Shown here: one piece after another, positions 58,601 through 64,000 of the stretch
How the letters are laid out: each line of letters starts with the position of its first letter
Position numbering within the stretch: the stretch's first letter is position 1
The notes under the pieces: model-generated
The model's input: the letters and a program-made list of their open reading frames with translations, nothing else
What the model was told of the DNA's origin: nothing
The model's database searches: none
Source: a virus
Length of the DNA stretch: 64,000 bases
Virus record (IMG/VR): IMGVR_UViG_3300038556_000043
Span: 19,736-83,735 of that record
Reading direction: 5' to 3' (one strand)
Program-made: the position numbers and the translations under genes

Positions 58601-60568
58601 CACAACGAGCCCTTCCTATGGCTGTACGAGAAAGACCAGTTTGGCGAATATACCGGGCGTTTCATTCAGAAATACGATTACCGTACCAAAGCCAAAACAC
58701 AGGAGTTTTTGGATATGGAATTGGCTGCCACACAAAACACACCGGAAGGAGAATTGGCAAAAGCAAAACTGGCCTTGTATGATTTTCTGGAAACAGAAGG
58801 AAACAAGCTTTTGCAGGAAAACGATTATACCAATATTCCGCAGGATCGGGCTTTCATGCCGCATCTGGGCGTGGATATGGAAGAGGCATATTCCCGCTAC
58901 GGTATGTCGGGCGCGTATCTGGCTTTCTCCGGAGTTGAAGATTACAACGATATCCTGAACAAAGTCATTGTTACTGACAACGGCAAAACGCAAAGCGTAG
59001 GCCAATGGCGCATAGACTTGGTAGAAGTTACCGGAAAATTCACCGATAACAAAGCCAATATTGATCGGTTTGCCGCTATCCTGGACAATGCCAGACAACA
59101 GGTAAAGAACGGCACTTCCGGGCTTTCCCGTTACGACATTGAACAAATGGAATCGTTTGAGTCAAGCTTCTCGGTAAGTTCGAAAATTCCGTTCCGTGCG
59201 GTAATGCGCAAAAAGCGTTTCTCGATCAATACTTCCCGTATTCTGGTTCAGCATTTCACTCAACTGATTTTCAAGAAATACCACGATCCTGTACTTACCG
59301 AGTTGCAGGCTACGGCAATGCATTACCAGATGAAGTCAAAGAATCCGAAGGATTTCGAGAACATCAACAACTTCATTGAACTGTACGGCAACCGGTATTT
59401 CTTTGGAAAAAAAGATGCGTTTTCCAACTCAAAAGCGGGAAAAACTCTTGAGGTGCTTTCTTCGGTTACCGTGTCTGCCTTTTTGGGATTTGCCCCTACC
59501 AATGCCCTTTTGAACATGGTCGGCGGCTTGACAGAGGTTTACAAGAATAATATTGAAAACTACGGTTGGGCAGAAGGTACTACCAAATTTGGCGTAGGTA
59601 TGAAAAGATTGCTAGCCGAAGGCAAACGCGAATACCGCAGTCCGTCCGAAGCAGTTCCACGTGTAGTATTCAATCCGAAGGCCCTGGCACTTGCCGAACG
59701 TTTCAATATTGAGAACTTTAGCCAGATTGATACCGAGCAGGAAGGCAGTGCTTGGGCGCGTTTTACCAAGTTTGCAATGCAGCTTCAGCGCAGTTCCGAG
59801 ATTGCGGTACGGGTGGCATCTTTCTTAGGGGAGCTCACGCAAGAGCAATGGGATAATTACGTTCTTGACCCCAACGGACAAATACTAATCAAAGATCCTT
59901 CCATTGCACCAACGATTGAAGATGTAAACCGCTGGAAATACTATGTTTCTTCCAAGCAAGGATTTTACGATCCTGCCCAACGCTACAACTATTCGTATTA
60001 CGGAATAGCCAAAGGGGTTATGCTATTCAAAAACTGGATGCTCTCATTTTTCAAGGAACGCTTTTATCTGGACCCGAAAAACAAGGAACTCAACTACGCC
60101 GATCTGGACAGATACGGGCGAATGAGGCAAGGCTATTACGTAAGCGGGGCAATGGTAGCCAAAGACTACCTGGTTCATCTGGCAAAATTCAAATCCATCA
60201 TGGGCTTTAGGCCGCTGAACGAAATGGAGCAAGCCAACCTAAGAAAGCTGATTTTTGATGTGGGCATTCTGGTTACGCTTCTGGCCCTGGGCAATATCGG
60301 CGACGATGATGAAGAAGAAGGTTACTGGACAAATTTTGTCAATAAACTGAACTCTCAGCTTTATTTTTCATTGACGCCGGCCGAATGGGTAAAAACCTTG
60401 AAACAGCCTACTCCTTCGCTGTCGATCATTGAAAACCTTGTCAGCGCATTGGCTAACCTTGCCAGCTTGAAAGCAGAAAAAGCAGGAAACAATCTGATCA
60501 AAGCAATTCCTGGTGGCAATATCGTGGAAGGTGTCATTGATCTGGCACAATCAGAGGAAAACGAGTAA
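46637..60568 (+). CDS. giant virion-associated DNA-dependent RNA polymerase polyprotein (crAss-like) with zincin domain
   Basis: ~4643 aa; catalytic GFDFDVD (55133-47) preceded by ATRIPTSGPQS; HEGTH (49646-60) plus HEFFAEALSN; N-terminal Gly-rich hydrophobic helices with EGLEE..QE. Confidence 0.9.
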   Translation: MFNTSNENSGNLPFVPFKDVQKQLQEEAQNSPKEIFQDGPLKGNPKPPAKPIIDFTDISDYAPKTSQDIDIYRDFVREAANNANANGKIVDSQGKEKELKGSWYDTMEGKFAGFNDWKYMAPVRQDESGQWVDDTSYNPTTGYMRKFDDEQKYAFLYPVYDENGQATLKEFIGTKAEMQSAQIAALNTFGPAERNEGLMTSFAKGLSKTVLSTDDLVAGFVKFGTQPSRWVSEALFRAMGDSPEEASYYANNSWFAKAIDGFYKDTIEDSNQNDYVASQKASDAFSADWVGSGVGNALGSIAQFGGIGRGIRLSAGLFNAGAKQLGIDLLKRETATLLSTYGSSAVLGFGAGFNEAKANGLSDDMAFAFALPVGLINTIVETKLGENLDKYLVGGLSGNIAKELFNETGGKILSEKALAKVVNKVAEKMSSKALLETAKNAGSEGLEEMIQEGNEQLWRTTFNAFALTGNKGEGKFKEDGINLGAIAESGFFGTVASGPSSYRAALAESRSYGYQPDKVIESYVAQGKKDQLISGLDELLAKKVITQDQYNEKIDRIKKFDRVEQLAKKNKANFGNAFPQFLKHEFTQLNLQKFEIEESLTNLWNTEGQKLASGEFDPKSLKKEAQEKLGGYQKQINELDKKINLYYSPEYIGMRSTQIKELADSVSSANRFARTRKFFVNLNQLKTKALNRLKNKSGNTTADVAPDDMPVVITPEELKAVVDAVKAGDPDAGITIDANWLNENPIYLSDLFGPDDLAVLAQFGVNVPMPQTTQSNKPQEGQTQTKPEEQGQLQAEGQAVSVTEPITPNPIAENPDVSQQTQGEQTSTEAQDSLINPVEATTQEPIAQQQPVQTQQTEDTTSSPVEVVLTPEQQELQRVAQLVSKLKNFDQLNSLLKKNPEITKTSIKAADQTQVAMSFLKPEQQLLYKKLLGSNSYPHSVILLDSAGSKKEGRYVRNLYATFVKVDLTKLNTIRQKIEAGIESQKDWLDYQQIQNDFFHLLMHEGTHALFDGELTKLHKQAVDGDVHAQRAWKRYTDLATTAYEALKNNPAAKNLYFFSPLVAQKYQNMTGARKMTFSLDFVHEFFAEALSNRSFMELLNGVNLDTSDPTLRAIIDENYAYADVPPRSTLWNEIVKAVVSVFPSLRDKLSLSDRTLLAEAYNMASQLNIDIDPIVEPAPVNSPDAVEITNLDIFRYEPFALFGRNESINASDLASEIQARVSVFNLPFDDKFDKKLRASLQKGIGLNFVDGTFKPIFFRSTNTYMVSWQADNGDGTQGTRRIFIDSWGNLTSINTNVFNTVDPVDFSKPSVYEPFMQANKQSSYWESKREMLNAFDRAHKEEFQGRSWLTYDPDYEFVIGRGTDYQKKVKGQVQVNYQFADGSTAVIGYVHDLAKIKLGRLLSTGASIELDLKVKPGAMGSTLRVKRNENGAITDVKSLKELVEGYQVEEGLFPAIDVRYKSTNVSKEVSDASIKADSFTHYDEAIPVETREDRQDMQPEEIVREIEEENGFKEVQPVNEEATVVDFIMPDAVKLRIETNKDLVYRRARYRRAWFNLEENDLKDFIISTSLSLIENIKQSEIQNYGPQIGPSIDLFGMSQDEYSQWVKDVHDKVVDETANASQTQDGQDWDGNGFNPVNTIAPRIKWDIERLLFVDPNLNRVVPMDFTDASDILYDATQFATTIEQVIANLEKVGNDPGQSIRNRNIAGTLAKNYKNYLGDKLPQSEKDEFTKAVPSLLSQLGSYRRTEAIIFQPVADSNAVKGFYPNQSKEFRKVEQELVTKIENYVSDLKAIQLPEGRKPSSVLWSEGNKIFNITSAMRTGDDKLSPVKVLKLINRYLNNDTLVTGINAKAIYDSLNAKEKMFMSRYVNPSTGLFIDEPGKDGYQMLTKHMEDFLRMIGIEDFPFHLMSRTRIEGSEQFINEQIEENKKKVVNQSLNELEEFQKTDPSEQALEAKKAEIRKEAQKKLNRFRRDIQNSVPLYKYHTVTVSRNQSESSEKTTSVERTVPIAEFAVQLSRFAYTTVESAADGNTVPIAKRLGELKTLAEIVQNYREGRNTPPFYMDASQSKRWSRRIRNWTDDLMEKLSKNIDGMMHRYMKADIHKDNNVLAAIAKNNGEPIDVYFAGVKNSEGVDGSTYSDMDNGDYIFAQLSGFVTMPDKYWHMDKTPSDKPGTYMYKLFKIDTAQYENEIEKLKGIEEVRAQRASLRFNEAFEPVYKKDENGKAIKNSKGLRVVDYYAIKDQAKFNNLVERADYKGKDGKYYKGDLHDRAKYWYGGKSTEATLAKLKEEAQKFYDKLIQDKVKIPVSSAFENEYNPNLTYQRAASEGSEFEVTEQAKLQYQNLLQKEQEKIVKQWYINSAINQFHLEMLVQGDPLYYKDSVDTSKRMAGARGPIQHHVMQGTFKLASLRDIDGGKTPVMLPSISVDADGNAVITEPTEKAETNRGDAQGYVTEDFARRLTEAYGTLAGYGQIFKPLLFGVQPQHIEDNRPSYLKLSLFVVPDPYNPNNLKYYQDQPDMMQFAMKMYGETGNAVDIAVFESGIKVGMSNVSNYDDPFYATQDMDLSMLGFQNNPKHITDEDSDISGMSQGKKISGNMSPNLAKIAYEIEARMINGKVDKALEKLTPDGIIQTAYESLSARNHTAEIAEALKSGLSVDNPIFGTMIENLVNSSFASATEYLRLPGNKLVNVSELGMNRPGLTQEQIELYNQIAESVGDRTLRWAGPRKVDELLPFQLEEYQYGLEAGIYSLDSNGNILQEKEGKWYPKVFPAEVLVPASMGSIGEKLLATRIPTSGPQSIIPAVIVGHLPSELVSGNTIVSPKEGPGILGFDFDVDGLFTWRKGGNKAMKQMFDIYFEIFTDPNNYNDITEAISTDTFNDLLFDPKKSDEQNKERLLGREGSEYDPSSPATQILYRDLNKIGKKFIGISAVAANIHNVFSSYHKMGKTIEILGKVSKYVNLPRSINIGSIIYRQYVSTYVDMVTGEVKPIAPVMATMVNLATDNAKLQKLFKLGLTLENAGIFFDFVLKGIDPKYPLYLLNQPIVKEYEKLALSEKRVSQKYSGNEAYRDLVAKYEGIISNLTGQQYRYASRVMVSPTNQVDVSVSFDDLKIMLERSVMGTDSPMQNDVEYMKQQLLVLEKYRYYSKISKITNQLGALIRLDSSYPKTFLEAASRYEQIGKGFDKSNVSQLVGLEREETDFGVIYKEIKDNHPIYKMHYRALTELINAYSGVKAIAEQDVFSRLYPFMEGLSSDNQKKIEEHYKNYLVQSKTDYNSSLLGKKMTNYHFVDWSSRIIADLMNDPSYAGNEFFKLLTAEIVLKSNHDRIINQQIKPSTIKANTLGKEFTKKQVDAIHKAYLSLPTEYQHPEFDQPIDIQKLLVANILYTKGLGMGGFNFTQLLPVDIIKSLDSAIDLSDSRDLRIKATAFSKQLIQNMKFLQRDIKNDELEGLRTLVRMQKKVDLNRIKVTYDVKSRRNPGFNFLWDNLSEYRGVWVPQKDGSKALYTKESVQISEYEYEHYLVKLDAPKQNFVAEFYPAADPVAEDMSQEIENTIAVAEQIINAVNKGSLANDPQEKPIQENEEISQQQTEPKEQPGEPQAPEPINEKAVGKATLIKANKKLEYTLFNSVFGKDITKKGYKVTIAELPDVELYITNEYVGTDGNPVTKKAWQIESVLPEKGVITVANYGTTIAETLEKFADDLNYKYMYSAQAREKLATVGIYLDPRLMPPAEDTDESQEGILNYYEDVVGYKQRDTPMDDMTLAEQVIYYRFGDLANDIWSANSTINPDDVYDPNFVDSATRQPYTYQQIIDQIMGQYRAEEGELFQLADKIDNNNYLGRDANGNYVTSTKDLAVMHHFMARNFNTADGLAKKEFANLFRKVADELVNRRVMEHIAKNNISPDVLKNQRDIGRFSNFTTSVAEVSANQAALQAESKRIDAAKYMTDTETNKVVGKLRILLNNVYKAHFASQSDQWHRRFRFWENHKRHNEPFLWLYEKDQFGEYTGRFIQKYDYRTKAKTQEFLDMELAATQNTPEGELAKAKLALYDFLETEGNKLLQENDYTNIPQDRAFMPHLGVDMEEAYSRYGMSGAYLAFSGVEDYNDILNKVIVTDNGKTQSVGQWRIDLVEVTGKFTDNKANIDRFAAILDNARQQVKNGTSGLSRYDIEQMESFESSFSVSSKIPFRAVMRKKRFSINTSRILVQHFTQLIFKKYHDPVLTELQATAMHYQMKSKNPKDFENINNFIELYGNRYFFGKKDAFSNSKAGKTLEVLSSVTVSAFLGFAPTNALLNMVGGLTEVYKNNIENYGWAEGTTKFGVGMKRLLAEGKREYRSPSEAVPRVVFNPKALALAERFNIENFSQIDTEQEGSAWARFTKFAMQLQRSSEIAVRVASFLGELTQEQWDNYVLDPNGQILIKDPSIAPTIEDVNRWKYYVSSKQGFYDPAQRYNYSYYGIAKGVMLFKNWMLSFFKERFYLDPKNKELNYADLDRYGRMRQGYYVSGAMVAKDYLVHLAKFKSIMGFRPLNEMEQANLRKLIFDVGILVTLLALGNIGDDDEEEGYWTNFVNKLNSQLYFSLTPAEWVKTLKQPTPSLSIIENLVSALANLASLKAEKAGNNLIKAIPGGNIVEGVIDLAQSEENE

Positions 60569-60569
60569 A

Positions 60570-60599
60570 CAAAAAAGCCCTTCAAGAAAGGGCTTTTTT
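60570..60599 (+). terminator. intrinsic terminator
   Basis: AAAAAAGCCCTT-CAAG-AAAGGGCTTTTTT. Confidence 0.85.
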
Positions 60600-60645
60600 G
60601 TTCCTACTATCTATTTAAAGCATTTGTCTTCATCAAATATAAGAT

Positions 60646-60662
60646 AATTGATTTATATTTGC
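60646..60662 (+). promoter_or_regulatory. late promoter for tail genes
   Basis: AATTGATT-TATATTTGC. Confidence 0.7.
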
Positions 60663-60716
60663 TAAAAATTATTAATATTGAAGAATATTAATAATATAAC
60701 CGACAAAAATTTTACC

Positions 60717-61397
60717 ATGGCTTTATCTCCCAAGTTCGCACTAAAACCATTGGATACCGATGCGCAAATTCTTGTTGTAACCGATATTACCGGAGATTAT
60801 TCTGATGACAATTCTGGAGGCTATGGCGAGCCCAATCCATTTAAAAGCGATGTTCATTGGAATTTCTTTTTGAAAGTAAAGACAAAAGGAAAGGCGTTGA
60901 CTTTTGACGAAACCGACAAAATAGTTATTTCGGATGATGACGATGAAATAATCGACGAAGTTCAGGATGCGGTTGCTTATTCTCAGGTTGACATTGGCGG
61001 GCTTTTTACGCTGGTCTGTTATGGTGTGCTTGCTTATTCGCTGGCCAATACCCCTGCTGACGGTGAAATATATTGGGATTACGACAATGCAACCTATGTG
61101 ATCATTACTGATGGTCTCCCGGTTCCTATCACCTTTGAAAACATTGACAAAGAATTTATCCCCTACCAAGTTACTTCACAGTATTTCTATCCTTTTGAGT
61201 TAAACAAAGCCCAAGGCGAAATGCTGGAAACCTTGCCGGCAACAGACGGATGCAAAATTGATGACTGGCTTGATGACTGGATGCGACTTGAAAAAGATGC
61301 CCAGATAATCAAAATCTACGCTTGTCGCGGCTTTTACAATAATGCCTTGCTGGTACTTGCCGAGTATCAAAACAAAATCATAACCGACAACTGCTAA
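60717..61397 (+). CDS. tail hub/adaptor-like structural protein
   Basis: VTDITGDY...GGYGEPNP motif; start MALSPK. Confidence 0.55.
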   Translation: MALSPKFALKPLDTDAQILVVTDITGDYSDDNSGGYGEPNPFKSDVHWNFFLKVKTKGKALTFDETDKIVISDDDDEIIDEVQDAVAYSQVDIGGLFTLVCYGVLAYSLANTPADGEIYWDYDNATYVIITDGLPVPITFENIDKEFIPYQVTSQYFYPFELNKAQGEMLETLPATDGCKIDDWLDDWMRLEKDAQIIKIYACRGFYNNALLVLAEYQNKIITDNC

Positions 61398-62500
61398 TGT
61401 CTACCCTACAGGATATCCAATACAGCTTGGAAACTTCTTTTATCAAAAAGAGGCTCAAAAAATCCAAGCAACAAATCATTGGCTTTTCCACTGAAAAGGA
61501 AAAGTTTTCGTGGGAATGGCTAGGAATGATGTTGGCTAGTGGCCGCTGGAACGGGTTTCTCAGCGAAGAAAAACGACTTGAAATCCTTAGTACCATTTTA
61601 TTGTACAGCAATGTGATGCAGATTCAGAGTTATCCTGAACAAGCTTGTCTTTATCAGTACAAGGATTGCATAGGATCTACCGCATACTTTGCTCCTGTCA
61701 CCGACATAATTGATTCAGAAATGATACAAAGCCTCAAATTTGCAAATGGTACGCTTACGTTAAAAACCAACAAGCAGACGTTTACAACGCAAATACCTCA
61801 CAACGAATTATCTGGCTTGCAGGGTGGTAAATCTCCTGATGAATATTATCACTTGAATAAAGCCAAACACGACGAAATCAATGCGGTTCCACAGGTTGCG
61901 GCCACTGCAAACATGAACGTAACACCTGCTACATTCCAGCAAGGATTTGGCGTTACTCCTACCGTTGTTATTTCTTACAATCCCGGTACCGATGTGATCA
62001 CAGGTCACACTCTTACCCGAAACGGAAATCCGATCAGTTTGAACGCGGTAAATCCTGCCGGGGGGTCGCAAACAATTGCGGATTCTGTTGTCAGTACGGA
62101 TACCACATATGTTTACACAGTGTTTGTGGAAGGCAAATCTCCGATTGTCGTTACCCGGACGATTACGGCCGCAGCTATCTTGTTTTACGGAAACACCATT
62201 TCCGAGCCAAATGCTTCGCAGATTCTTGCTGGAACACAAAGCCCAAAAAACAGCAACTTAGTTACCCTTAATTATACGGCTGACGATCAATACCTGTGGA
62301 TAGCTTACCCGAAATCTTTTGGTCTGCTTAATAGTATCCTAAACAGCCAGGGCTACGAGAATCTTCCAGCATTTTCACAAGGCTACCCTAAAACAGTAGT
62401 CTTGACTATAGGCGGTAATTCGGTTGAATACTACCTGTATGTGAACAATCTAGCGGTAAGTGTTACAGCTTACCAGCTTAGATTCTATTTTAATTCCTAA
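61397..62500 (+). CDS. tail-associated protein with Ig-like C-terminal domains
   Basis: HNELSGLQGG...YYHL motif; Thr/Val-rich beta domains. Confidence 0.6.
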   Translation: MSTLQDIQYSLETSFIKKRLKKSKQQIIGFSTEKEKFSWEWLGMMLASGRWNGFLSEEKRLEILSTILLYSNVMQIQSYPEQACLYQYKDCIGSTAYFAPVTDIIDSEMIQSLKFANGTLTLKTNKQTFTTQIPHNELSGLQGGKSPDEYYHLNKAKHDEINAVPQVAATANMNVTPATFQQGFGVTPTVVISYNPGTDVITGHTLTRNGNPISLNAVNPAGGSQTIADSVVSTDTTYVYTVFVEGKSPIVVTRTITAAAILFYGNTISEPNASQILAGTQSPKNSNLVTLNYTADDQYLWIAYPKSFGLLNSILNSQGYENLPAFSQGYPKTVVLTIGGNSVEYYLYVNNLAVSVTAYQLRFYFNS

Positions 62501-62505
62501 TACCT

Positions 62506-64000
62506 ATGTTAGAAGGTGCAAGCCCACTAATAACCGGGTTTGAGGTCGCAGGTCGTAGGCCACTTGATTTCAAATCATATGCTACATCAGTAGAAGAGCT
62601 GTACACCATCCGCAAAAAATACGAAGGTATGGCGGTGTACATTGAAAAAAGCACTTCCGATGACAGAACCGGTAAATGGTACACACTCAAAACCTTGGCC
62701 GAATGCGGTCTTACGCAAGCTACGATAAACAATTGGGGTACAGCTTTTACTCACTGGAAGCCACACGGTAGCGATGCAATTGTAGACCTGTCTGCTTATG
62801 TTCTCAATTCCACTGCCGGGGAAACCGCAATTGTCACCATATCGCAATCCAACCAGGATGCGGTTTCGGTAAACCAGGAAGGAAAAGGTACTCTCAATTC
62901 TGTTTTAAACCAGATCATTGATTACGTAAAAGCCAATCTTGGAGATACTACCGAGCCGATCAGCGTTGTTGACCAGGTAGAGGAAGGAAACGCAAATCCT
63001 GTTACCAGCAATGCGGTGGCTTTGGTTGTCGGTAGCATTGTCGAAGTAATTTCTCAAATACAAACTTCCATACAAGCACTCTTTACTGCGCTGGAAAGCA
63101 AAGCGGATTTGGTAAACGGCAAAGTTCCTGCAAGCCAGTTGCCGGCTTACGTTGATGACGTTATAGACTACGACACGTATGATTTGATGGTTGCCGCTGG
63201 TGGACAGAAAGGTTTTATCTACGTTGTCACAGCTGATACTGTAACTTCAAGAAATGGTTCGTATCGTTGGAGTGGATCAACCTTTGTCAAAATTGACTCA
63301 GGAGTAGACCTTGCTCCCTATACCAGAAACGTTGATGGGGGCTCTACATTGCAGGTTCAACCAGAAGCCGATGTTGCTGATCAGTATACGCTTGTTGGCG
63401 GCAAAGGACTTTTGAACTCGTTATTTTCGGAACTTAGCCGAAAGGTAAAAGTCCTTTACAGTTCGATTTCTTTCAGAATAAATACCACATTGTATTTCCG
63501 TATAAGACGAAATTCAACAACGGTGATTGTCGGATCAGGGGTCAATATCATTCCACTTGGCGGCCTTGAGAATTTTGACAACTTCAACCTCAATGTAACT
63601 GGCGCAGAAAGAGAAGTCATAGATATTTCCGGAACGTTTTACGATGGCCAATATTTGCATTTCAGGAACACCGGATCAGGAACGCTTAGCTTTTCCCATG
63701 GAACCAAGTTTCAGACCGATGGCACGTATCCTATCAAATTGCTGACTGGCGACGTAGTAGTATTTGAGTTTTATCAGGGCGTTTTCTACCAGCTTACCGG
63801 TTCGTATTTTCGCGCGGTAAGCATTACCCTTCCCGGTGGCGGCGGTACGGCTCCCGATCTTACCCCTTACACCAAGAACGCCGATGGAGGTTCTACCTTA
63901 AATGTCACTCCGGAATCTGATGTAGCCGATCAATATACCCTCGCCAGTGGAAAAGGAATATTGGACGTATTGTTTTCTTCGATCAGCCGCAAGGTAAAAA
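62506..64000 (+). CDS. tail fibre protein, truncated by window end (not in track)
   Basis: ATG 62506, open to end; KADLVNGKVPASQLPAYVDDV fibre motif; internal 48-aa repeat. Confidence 0.8.
   Translation, partial: MLEGASPLITGFEVAGRRPLDFKSYATSVEELYTIRKKYEGMAVYIEKSTSDDRTGKWYTLKTLAECGLTQATINNWGTAFTHWKPHGSDAIVDLSAYVLNSTAGETAIVTISQSNQDAVSVNQEGKGTLNSVLNQIIDYVKANLGDTTEPISVVDQVEEGNANPVTSNAVALVVGSIVEVISQIQTSIQALFTALESKADLVNGKVPASQLPAYVDDVIDYDTYDLMVAAGGQKGFIYVVTADTVTSRNGSYRWSGSTFVKIDSGVDLAPYTRNVDGGSTLQVQPEADVADQYTLVGGKGLLNSLFSELSRKVKVLYSSISFRINTTLYFRIRRNSTTVIVGSGVNIIPLGGLENFDNFNLNVTGAEREVIDISGTFYDGQYLHFRNTGSGTLSFSHGTKFQTDGTYPIKLLTGDVVVFEFYQGVFYQLTGSYFRAVSITLPGGGGTAPDLTPYTKNADGGSTLNVTPESDVADQYTLASGKGILDVLFSSISRKVK

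Noticed and set aside
18499-60585. Many antisense or overlapping ORFs in the track (e.g. 18994-19830, 50417-51862)
   Set aside because: Shadow frames of long sense-strand genes with no independent signals.
16731-64000. Stop-codon reassignment (TAG to Gln or TGA to Trp), common in crAss-like phages
   Set aside because: All long genes, including the 14-kb RNAP, are intact in code 11; TAA, TGA and TAG all serve as stops; no suppressor tRNA seen.
60717-64000. Diversity-generating retroelement or invertible tail-fibre cassette
   Set aside because: No reverse transcriptase, TR/VR pair, invertase or inverted repeats within the window.

Overview
A 64-kb segment of a crAss-like (Crassvirales-type) podophage of a Bacteroidota host, read in standard code 11. 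(1) 1-16.4 kb, minus strand: about 45 small, tightly packed early/accessory ORFs. These include an RNase HI, Zn-finger proteins, a three-member CxGCAATC paralog family and several membrane micropeptides missed by the ORF track. The region is punctuated by intrinsic terminators, and at 12.9-16.5 kb it is rich in structured non-coding sequence: a tRNA-like minihelix, a promoter/terminator-bounded sRNA, a ~250-nt multi-hairpin RNA and short repeats. (2) 16.7-64 kb, mostly plus strand: virion morphogenesis module. It runs DUF1064-like nuclease, putative TerS, TerL, portal, scaffold, MCP, ring/auxiliary capsid proteins, fused IHF-like protein, muzzle, cargo/ejection proteins, a ~4,640-aa virion RNA polymerase (zincin HExxH plus DFDVD), and tail hub/fibre genes running off the end. 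Two opposite-strand islands interrupt it: an adenine methyltransferase operon and two AT-rich secreted-protein genes. The strongest unexplained signal is a 16-nt motif (ACAAAGAGAGCAACAC on +) heading minus-strand transcription units, including the MTase island. It is a candidate promoter for the injected RNAP and is distinct from the AATTNNYT-TATWTTTG host-type promoters of the structural genes. All family assignments come from motif recognition and gene order; no database searches were run.
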